A stretch of 64,000 nt of DNA, taken from the NCBI GenBank assembly GCA_965214285.1, contig OZ243946.1, positions 2,017,207 through 2,081,206 on the forward strand, given 5' to 3'. The translations under genes and the position numbers were made by a program. Of this stretch, positions 56,230 to 62,789 are shown one piece after another; the stretch's first letter is position 1; the number at the start of each line of letters is the position of its first letter. The notes under the pieces were generated by a model, which was given only the letters and a program-made list of their open reading frames with translations, searched no databases and was not told where the DNA came from. Origin of the DNA: Acidimicrobiales bacterium. Its GTDB lineage: Bacteria > Actinomycetota > Acidimicrobiia > Acidimicrobiales > Aldehydirespiratoraceae.

Positions 56230-56701
56230 CTCCCGCGGACGCCTTGGCGGCGTCGTCGTCGGATGCGTCGTCAGCGTCGGCGCCGTCGGCAGCGTCGTCG
56301 GATGTGTCATCGCCCGCGTCGGCGTCGCCGGAAGCATTGCCGTCGGCGTCGGCCTCGGCAGACGCAGCCTCGGCATCGCCGTCGGCTTCAGCAGACGCGG
56401 CCTCGCCGGGCGGCTCGATGCCGAGCCGGTCCCACACGGCGATCCGGCCTTTGGTGATGGCCTCGGCCGCACGGTCCGGCAGCTTGGCCACCAGGTCGTC
56501 GGTTCGCGGCTCGGTGTGGTGCCGCAGGCTCGTGAGGGCCGTGCCTGCCTGCTTGCGTGCGGACTGCACGTGCTCGGCCGCGAAGTCCGGCGTGGGCACC
56601 TCGCGGCCAGCGATGGCATCGCCGACGAGCAGCGGGATGCCTGCGGTGGCATACGCTGCCGTGCGCAGCGACGACTTCACCTTGTCGAGTGTTTCGGTCA
56701 T
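56219..56701 (-). CDS. Hypothetical protein with an Asp/Ala-rich acidic tail, co-transcribed with the XRE regulator
   Basis: The ATG at 56701 is preceded by the RBS GGGAG. The 160-aa product has a helical N-terminal 100 aa (MTETLDKVKSSLRTAAYATAGIPLLVGDAIAG...) followed by about 60 aa of D/A/E/G/S (…EADGDAEAASAEADADGNASGDADAGDDTSDDAADGADADDASDDDA…). Confidence 0.6.
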   Translation of the reverse strand: MTETLDKVKSSLRTAAYATAGIPLLVGDAIAGREVPTPDFAAEHVQSARKQAGTALTSLRHHTEPRTDDLVAKLPDRAAEAITKGRIAVWDRLGIEPPGEAASAEADGDAEAASAEADADGNASGDADAGDDTSDDAADGADADDASDDDAAKASAGDAV

Positions 56702-56738
56702 TTCGGGGGACTCCCTTTCTGTGGAGACGCTTGGCTTG

Positions 56739-56782
56739 GCGCACACAATTGTATGCGCTGGCTGTAAACAATAGTGCGCACT
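56739..56782 (-). promoter_or_regulatory. Two palindromic operator-like sites plus a -10-like hexamer upstream of the acidic-protein/XRE operon
   Basis: GCGCACACAATTGTATGCGC (56739-56758) pairs at 9 of 10 positions as an inverted repeat. AGTGCGCACT (56773-56782) is a perfect palindrome. Both share the half-site GTGCGC near ACAAT. On the minus strand, TACAAT lies inside the first palindrome, about 48 nt before the ATG. Confidence 0.5.
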
Positions 56783-56955
56783 CTCGGAGAACGCAACGCT
56801 TTCGCGACACGAATTTTCGGCCACCCGGCCGCGTGGCAGGCATCCGCGCGGCGTCCGCGCTCGAAGCGGCGCGGCAGCGCAACCGCAGCCGAGAATCGCA
56901 GGCCGGCGCCGTTGAGGCCGTAGGCTCAACGGCAGCTCCCGACCCCGCAAGCCCC

Positions 56956-57480
56956 ATGCCCCAGCCGATCACAACCCACGTCTACGGCGAGTACTGGAGC
57001 AACGACGGCCGGCGCAGCGAGCTGGGGCTGTTGATCCACGGTCTGTTCGAGCAGCCCGATGCCGACGCTCTGGACACCCTGGTCGGCCTGCTCGCCCGCT
57101 GGATCGAGACGCTCGACCTGCCCGACGACGCCGTGATGGTGGCCGTTCCTGCCGCCGAGCCGCGCAACGCCGCCGGCGAGAATCTGCCCACGCGTCTCGC
57201 CGAGGAGCTGGCCGTCGCCACCGGCCGGCCCTTCGAGGCGACCTGGCTCAGCAGGGCCAGGACCGGCCCGCGCCTGCGTGATCTGCCCGCCGACGGGCGA
57301 GCCGAGGTGGTCCAGGAGGCCGGCTATCGGGCCGATCCGGCAGTGGCGGGCCGCGACCTGGTGCTGGTCGACGACGTGCTGCTCACCGGCACGACCATCT
57401 CGCATCTCGCGGACCTGGCGCTGCAGGCAGGCGCCGCCTCGGTCACCGCGGTGGTGGCGGCCCGCACCCGCCGAGTCTGA
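56956..57480 (+). CDS. Phosphoribosyltransferase-domain protein (ComF-like, without the N-terminal zinc finger)
   Basis: The ATG at 56956 gives 174 aa ending in the PRPP-binding motif DLVLVDDVLLTGTT. The part of the track ORF upstream of this ATG is non-coding-like. Confidence 0.7.
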   Translation: MPQPITTHVYGEYWSNDGRRSELGLLIHGLFEQPDADALDTLVGLLARWIETLDLPDDAVMVAVPAAEPRNAAGENLPTRLAEELAVATGRPFEATWLSRARTGPRLRDLPADGRAEVVQEAGYRADPAVAGRDLVLVDDVLLTGTTISHLADLALQAGAASVTAVVAARTRRV

Positions 57481-57580
57481 GGGCCACAGAGAGCCAAGGC
57501 TCCGCCCTAGTACAAGCGAACCCGTGTCGAGCCGCTTCGGGCAGAGCAGTTGGACGTAGTCAGGCCACGAGCCCTACGGC

Positions 57581-58222
57581 TCAGGCGGAGCGTTTGGCGA
57601 GCAGGCGGTCGATCCAGGTCACGTAGCTGTCGACCTCCTGGGCGCCTGCGATCGGCAGCACCCCGTCGATCAGCACCGTGGGCACCGCGGTGATGCCTGC
57701 CTCCCAGGCCTCGTTGTGCTCGTCGATCACCTGGCCGGCCGCGGCGGGCCGGCCCTGCCGCAGCGCCTCGGCGAAGCCGTCGCGGTCCTCGCCCACCTCG
57801 GCGGCGAGGTCGGCCAGCACCTCGGGGTCCGAGATCGTGCGGTTCTCCGAGAAGTAGGCCTCCAGCAGCCGCCAGTGGAAGGCGTCGGCAGACCCAGGCG
57901 CGAAGTCGTCCATCACCTTCGCCGCCACCTGGGCGCCCATGCTGCCCGACGGCCCCAGGTCGTCGCTCGCCCAGACCCGGAACACGGCCTCGGGCTCCAG
58001 CGCCGCGGGCCGCTGCCACGACTTGGTGTACTCCACGAAGCGGGCCTGGTCGGCGCGTTGCTCGTCGGGGGTCTTCTCCTGCGGGCGCAACAGGAACGCC
58101 TTCCAGCCGATCTGGATCCGGTCCCCGAAGTGCGCTGCCAGCTTCTCGACACGGACCGTGCCGACGTAGCACCACGGTCAGAGGAAGTCCGACCAGACCG
58201 TGAGGCGCAGCGGGCGAGCCAT
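57581..58222 (-). CDS. DsbA/FrnE-family thiol:disulfide oxidoreductase with an in-frame TGA at the first Cys of the CxxC motif (candidate selenoprotein U-P-W-C; alternatively a pseudogene)
   Basis: My translation from the ATG at 58222 reads MARPLRLTVWSDFL-TGA(58180-58178)-PWCYVGTVRVEKLAAHFGDRIQIGWKAFLLRPQEK..., continuous and in frame with track ORF 57581-58090. The N-terminal strand and CPWCY motif are the DsbA/FrnE hallmark, and the C-terminal ...ITAVPTVLIDG... contains the cis-Pro loop. Confidence 0.7.
58146..58164 (-). promoter_or_regulatory. SECIS-like stem-loop 13 nt downstream of the in-frame UGA
   Basis: The mRNA sequence is 5'-UCGGCACG-GUC-CGUGUCGA-3': an 8-bp stem with one G-U pair and apical loop GUC (or GGUCC if the closing pair opens). 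The loop begins 21 nt after the UGA. A mutually exclusive alternative pairs GACCGUG with CACGGUC (58179-58154). Confidence 0.45.
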
Positions 58223-58398
58223 CAGGCGACCCTAGCGCCGCCATGGGCAGCCAACGCCTGCGCTGGGCAGCCCAAGCCGGCGTGGACAACCAAACCGGCG
58301 CTGGACAGCTATTGCCAGGCATGGCGACGGCACGCAGCCAGTGTCGGAGATGGCTGGAGATGGGCGCGCAGCAGGCCGCTTGTGACAAGGTGAGCACC

Positions 58399-59277
58399 GT
58401 GGCCAAGTGCGCTTTCATAGGGCTGGGGGCGATGGGCTACCCGATGGCCGGTCACCTGGCGGCCGCCGGGCACGAGGTCTGCGTTCACAACCGCACCCCG
58501 GCCCGTGCCGAGCAGTGGCTCAGCGAGCACCGCGGCGAGTCTGCGCCCACGCCGGCCGAGGCCGCAGCCGGCGCCGAGATCGCCTTCGTCTGCGTGGGCG
58601 ACGATCCCGACGTGCGGGCCGTGGTGGCCAGCGACGACGGGGCGCTGCGCGCTATGGCGCCCGGGTCGCTGCTCGTCGACCACACCACCACCTCGGCGGG
58701 CCTGGCCCGCGAGCTGCACGCCGCAGCCGCCGCAGCCGGGGTCGGCTTCGTGGACGCCCCGATATCGGGCGGCGAGGCCGGCGCCGTCAACGGCGTCCTC
58801 ACCGTGATGTGCGGCGGCACGCAAGCCGACTTCGACAGAGCCGCTCCGGTGATCGCCTGCTACGCCCGCGCCTGCAACCTGCTCGGCGGGCCGGGCTCGG
58901 GCCAGCTCACCAAGATGGTCAACCAGATCTGCATCGCCGGGCTGCTCCAGGGACTCAGCGAGGGCGTCGACTTCGCGTTGCGGGCAGGCCTCGACATCAG
59001 CGACGTGATCGACACCATCTCGCTGGGCGCAGCGGGCTCCTGGCAGATGCAGAACCGGGCGCTGACCATGGCCGAGGACCGCTTCGACTTCGGTTTCGCC
59101 GTGGACTGGATGCTCAAGGATCTGCGCATCTGCTCTGCCGAGGCGGCACGGGTCGGCGCGGCCCTGCCGGTGACCAGGCTCGTCGAGGGCTTCTACGAGC
59201 GCCTCCAGCAGCAGGGCCACGGCCGTCTCGACTCCAGTTCGCTGATCAAGCTGCTCGCCGACGATGCGCGAGCATGA
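58399..59277 (+). CDS. NAD(P)-dependent 3-hydroxyisobutyrate/6-phosphogluconate dehydrogenase-like oxidoreductase
   Basis: Rossmann motif (KCAFIGLGAMGYPMAGHL), followed by VDAPISGG and QLTKMVNQI (catalytic Lys region). I chose the GTG at 58399, with AAGGTG 6 nt upstream. The GTG at 58390 or the ATG at 58360 are alternatives. Confidence 0.82.
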   Translation: MAKCAFIGLGAMGYPMAGHLAAAGHEVCVHNRTPARAEQWLSEHRGESAPTPAEAAAGAEIAFVCVGDDPDVRAVVASDDGALRAMAPGSLLVDHTTTSAGLARELHAAAAAAGVGFVDAPISGGEAGAVNGVLTVMCGGTQADFDRAAPVIACYARACNLLGGPGSGQLTKMVNQICIAGLLQGLSEGVDFALRAGLDISDVIDTISLGAAGSWQMQNRALTMAEDRFDFGFAVDWMLKDLRICSAEAARVGAALPVTRLVEGFYERLQQQGHGRLDSSSLIKLLADDARA

Positions 59278-59305
59278 GACGCCGCAGAGAACCGAGGAGA
59301 GCGCC

Positions 59306-60364
59306 ATGAGCCTGCCCATACCCGCCACAGCAGCCGAGATCACCCCGAGCTGGCTGTCGGCCGCCCTGGGCACGACCGTCGACGATGTCGCCCTGACCCA
59401 TATAGGCGAGGGCATCGGCGTGTCGAGCGCCGTCTACCGGGCAAGCCTCGCCGGCCACGACCCGGCCGTGCTGCCCGACACGCTGGTGGTCAAGCTCCCC
59501 GCCCTGGCCGAAGAGGCGGTGTTCACCTCGACCGTGCTGTCGATGTACCGCCGAGAGGTGGCCTTTTTCGCCGAGCTGGCCGACGAGTCGCCGATCCGCG
59601 TGCCGAAGGGCTACTACGGAGCGGTAGCAGACGAGGGCAGCCCGTTCGTGCAGGTGATGGCCGACATGAGCGGCCTGCGCGTCGTCGACCAGCTGGAGCC
59701 GATGGAGACCGCCGACGTGGAGACCGCCGTCGACGAGCTGGCCGGCTGGCACGCCCACTGGTGGAACGCCGCCGACCACCTGGTGGAGCGGGGCACCGCC
59801 ATGGCGCTCACCGACCCGATCTACCCGGCGGTGCTGCCCATGGTGTTCGCCGAGGGCTGGGACAAGATCAACGGCGTCATGGACATCGCCGAGCCGATCG
59901 CCGCGGTCGGCCCGTCGTGGGCCGAGCGGATGCCTGAGCTGATCGCCGGCCTCTGCAGCGGTGCCCGCACCCTGCTGCACGGCGACTACCGGGCCGACAA
60001 CATGCTCTTCGGCCACGACGGCAGCATCGTGCTGCTGGACTTCCAGCTCACCGGCGTCGGCAGTGCCGCGTATGACCTCGCCTACTTCGTCACCCAGAGC
60101 CTCGATGCCGAGACCGCGTCGGCCCACGAGGCTGCGCTGTTCGAGCGCTGGCTGGGCGGGCTCGCAGCCGGCGGCGTGGCCGAGGCCGACACAGCGGACC
60201 TGTGGCAGCGCTACCGCGAGGCCGCCTACTTCTGTCTGGTGTACCCGGTGGTGGCATCGCGAGGCGTCGACTTCGACGACCCCCGCCAGTACCAGCTCAT
60301 CGACAACATGAACACCCGCATCGCCCGCGCCATCGACGAGCTCGGCCTGGCCGACCTCGCCTGA
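59306..60364 (+). CDS. Phosphotransferase-family kinase (APH/choline-kinase/EcKL-like)
   Basis: The ATG at 59306 is preceded by the RBS GAGGAG. The catalytic loop is LLHGDYRADNMLF and the metal-binding motif is VLLDFQL. The N-lobe resembles DUF1679/CHK kinases. Confidence 0.8.
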   Translation: MSLPIPATAAEITPSWLSAALGTTVDDVALTHIGEGIGVSSAVYRASLAGHDPAVLPDTLVVKLPALAEEAVFTSTVLSMYRREVAFFAELADESPIRVPKGYYGAVADEGSPFVQVMADMSGLRVVDQLEPMETADVETAVDELAGWHAHWWNAADHLVERGTAMALTDPIYPAVLPMVFAEGWDKINGVMDIAEPIAAVGPSWAERMPELIAGLCSGARTLLHGDYRADNMLFGHDGSIVLLDFQLTGVGSAAYDLAYFVTQSLDAETASAHEAALFERWLGGLAAGGVAEADTADLWQRYREAAYFCLVYPVVASRGVDFDDPRQYQLIDNMNTRIARAIDELGLADLA

Positions 60365-60483
60365 GCCCTCGCGGCGGTCGCCCAGCCGCGTCAGCGCTGA
60401 TGACAGAGCCGGCGCGGCACCTAAGCTGCGCTCTCTGAGTCGTGTACCGGCCCAGGTACCGGTCGAAACCTGAGGTGGACCTC

Positions 60484-61377
60484 ATGCCCAGCGTCTTCAT
60501 CACCTGCGCCGTCACCGGCGGCGGCGACACCGTCGGCAAGTCGGTCCACGTGCCGGTCACGCCCCAGCAGATCGCGGACGCCGCCATCGACTCTGCCAAG
60601 GCCGGCGCGGCGGTCGTGCACTGCCACGTGCGCGATCTCGACACCGGCCGCCAGAGCCGCGACCTCGACCTCTACAAGGAGCTCACCGACCGCATCCGCT
60701 CCGCGGGCACCGACGTGGTGCTCAACCTCACCGGCGGCACCGGCGCCGACCTGACCCTCGGCCCGCCGGACCGGCCGCTGCCCTTCGACCCCGCCGGCAC
60801 CGACCTGGCGCCCGTGGAGGAGCGCATGGCCCACATCCGCGAGTGCAGGCCCGAGATCGCCACCATCGACATGGGCACCATGAACTTCGGCGAGAGCGAC
60901 TACATCATGACCAACTCGACCAGCCAGCTCGACGAGATCGCCCGCGCCTTTGGGGGCCTCGACACACAGCCCGAACTGGAGTGCTTCGACACCGGCCATC
61001 TCTGGTACGCCAAGAGCCAGGAGGAACGCGGCCTCTATGAGGGCAAGACCATGCTGGCCCAGCTCTGCATGGGCGTCCCCTGGGGCGCGCCCGACGACAT
61101 GAACACGCTGATGGCGATGGTCAACAACGTGCCCGACCACTGGCACTGCTCGGCGTTCTCGATCGGCCGCCGCCAGTTCGCCTACGTGGCCGCCGCGGCG
61201 CTGGTGGGTGCCAACGTCCGGGTCGGCCTCGAGGACAACCTGTACCTGTCCAAGGGCGTCAAGGCCACCAACGTCGACCTCGTGGAGCGGGCCGTGCAGA
61301 TCCTCGCGGCGCTCAACGTCGACATCATGGGCCCCGCCGAGGTGCGCGACATGCTGAGCCTCACCAAGCACGGCTGA
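60484..61377 (+). CDS. 3-keto-5-aminohexanoate cleavage enzyme family (BKACE/DUF849)
   Basis: The ATG at 60484 is preceded by the RBS GAGGTGG. The sequence SVFITCAVTGGGD...VPVTPQQIADAAIDSAKAGAAVVHCHVRD... and GANVRVGLEDNLY are typical BKACE TIM-barrel zinc-site motifs. Confidence 0.85.
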   Translation: MPSVFITCAVTGGGDTVGKSVHVPVTPQQIADAAIDSAKAGAAVVHCHVRDLDTGRQSRDLDLYKELTDRIRSAGTDVVLNLTGGTGADLTLGPPDRPLPFDPAGTDLAPVEERMAHIRECRPEIATIDMGTMNFGESDYIMTNSTSQLDEIARAFGGLDTQPELECFDTGHLWYAKSQEERGLYEGKTMLAQLCMGVPWGAPDDMNTLMAMVNNVPDHWHCSAFSIGRRQFAYVAAAALVGANVRVGLEDNLYLSKGVKATNVDLVERAVQILAALNVDIMGPAEVRDMLSLTKHG

Positions 61378-61422
61378 GCCCGGCCCCGCCAGCCCCGCAG
61401 CCTCGCCCGGCCCCAAGCCCCC

Positions 61423-61448
61423 GCCAAGCCTGCCGAAGCCGGCTTGGC
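61423..61448 (+). terminator. Hairpin downstream of the BKACE gene (possible terminator without a U-tract)
   Basis: GCCAAGCC-TGCCGAAGCC-GGCTTGGC forms an 8-bp perfect stem, 46 nt after the stop at 61377. Confidence 0.3.
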
Positions 61449-61483
61449 CCCGGCGGCCTGTGCCCATATAGGCTGGCCGGCAG

Positions 61484-62674
61484 ATGAGCGAGCGCTACAC
61501 CGTCATCACCGCCGACGCCCACGCGGGCGGCAACATGGCCATGTACGAGCAGTACCTGCCCGCCGAGTGGCAAGACGAGTACCAGCGCTGGCGCGGCGCC
61601 TACCGCAACCCCTACCGAGACCTCCAAGACGACGGCCGCAGCCGCAATTGGGACGACGAGCGGCGCACCAGCGAGCAGTACGCCGACGGGATCGTCGCCG
61701 AGATCACCTTCCCCAACACCGTGCCGCCGTTCTACCCGACCGGCGCCCTGCTGGCCCGCTCGCCCCGCAACGCCGAGGAGTACCGCCGCCGCAAAGCCGG
61801 CCTCGACTGCCACAACCTCTGGCTCAAGGACTTCTGCGACCGCCTGCCCGGCCAGCGCTGCGGCCTGCCCCAGATCTTCCTGGAGGACATCGACGACGCC
61901 ATCGCCACCCTGCAATGGGCCGCGGCGGAGGGCTTCAAGAGCTTCCTGCTGCCCCACGTGGCGCCCGACATCGACCTGCCCGGCTTCTGGTCGCCGCACT
62001 GGGAGCGCCTCTGGGCGGCCATAGCGGACCTCGATCTGGTCGTCACCCACCACGGCGGCAACGGCGCGCCCGACTACGGCAAGGATCCCGCATCGGGGAT
62101 CATCTTCTTGATGGAGGTGCCGTTCTTCGCCCACCGCAACCTGGCGCATCTGGTGATGAGCGGCGTGTTCGAGCGCCACCCCACGCTGCGCTACGTGATG
62201 ACCGAGCAGGGCGTCGCCTGGGCCGTGGAGGAGCTGCGCCGCATGGACGGCTACCACGCCCAGATGCGCCACGGCCGGGTCGGCGAGCTCGGCTTCTCCG
62301 CCGACATCGTGCTGCCGCTGCGGCCCAGCGAGTACTTCGAGCGCAACGTGTGGATCGGCGCCAGCTTCCCGTCGCCCGGCGAGGCCGCCGCGATCCGCGC
62401 CCTCGGCGTGCACAAGGTGATGTGGGGCTCGGACTACCCGCACCACGAGGGCACCTACCCGTTCAGCACCGAGGCGCTGCGCCGCTCGTTCAGCGACTGG
62501 CCCGAGGCCGACATGCGCAGCCTGCTCGCCGGCAACGCGGCGGCCGTCTACGGCTTCGACCTTCAGCACCTCGCCCCGCTGGGAGACGCCCACGGCCCGC
62601 TCGTCGCCGAGGTCGCAACCCCCCTGGATGCCACCCCCAAGGGGGCCACCAGCCCGGCCTTCTTCAAGGCCTGA
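61484..62674 (+). CDS. Amidohydrolase-2 (ACMSD-like) family metal-dependent hydrolase/decarboxylase
   Basis: 396 aa with VITADAHAG near the N-terminus, HHGGNG, and MWGSDYPHHEGTYP, the metal-ligand pattern of PF04909-type amidohydrolases. Confidence 0.8.
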   Translation: MSERYTVITADAHAGGNMAMYEQYLPAEWQDEYQRWRGAYRNPYRDLQDDGRSRNWDDERRTSEQYADGIVAEITFPNTVPPFYPTGALLARSPRNAEEYRRRKAGLDCHNLWLKDFCDRLPGQRCGLPQIFLEDIDDAIATLQWAAAEGFKSFLLPHVAPDIDLPGFWSPHWERLWAAIADLDLVVTHHGGNGAPDYGKDPASGIIFLMEVPFFAHRNLAHLVMSGVFERHPTLRYVMTEQGVAWAVEELRRMDGYHAQMRHGRVGELGFSADIVLPLRPSEYFERNVWIGASFPSPGEAAAIRALGVHKVMWGSDYPHHEGTYPFSTEALRRSFSDWPEADMRSLLAGNAAAVYGFDLQHLAPLGDAHGPLVAEVATPLDATPKGATSPAFFKA

Positions 62675-62684
62675 GATCCGGGTG

Positions 62685-62726
62685 TTGCAATTGCCGCGCA
62701 GTCGTGTATAGTTCTGCGTCAGAACT
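62685..62726 (+). promoter_or_regulatory. Near-consensus promoter with an overlapping palindromic operator upstream of the sulfatase gene
   Basis: TTGCAA (62685-62690), a 16-nt spacer, then TATAGT (62707-62712). The palindrome AGTTCTG-CGT-CAGAACT (62710-62726) has 7-bp perfect arms and overlaps the -10/+1 region. This is the lowest-GC stretch of this part of the window. Confidence 0.5.
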
Positions 62727-62753
62727 CAAGGTCTCCGAATTGGGGGATTCGGA

Positions 62754-62789
62754 CGAGGATGGTGCCGTCTACGGATGGCACCATCCTCG
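62754..62789 (+). promoter_or_regulatory. Strong 13-bp stem-loop in the sulfatase leader/start region
   Basis: CGAGGATGGTGCC (62754-62766) pairs perfectly with GGCACCATCCTCG (62777-62789) across a 10-nt loop. The first in-frame ATG of the sulfatase ORF (62775) lies at the loop/stem junction. Confidence 0.5.

Noticed and set aside
56956-57480. The stand-alone PRTase next to an XRE regulator, considered as a possible retron-like or anti-phage defence module
   Set aside because: Nothing nearby supports this: there is no reverse transcriptase, no structured ncRNA candidate, no nuclease or ATPase partner, and no mobile-element or compositional signature. The PRPP motif alone does not indicate defence.
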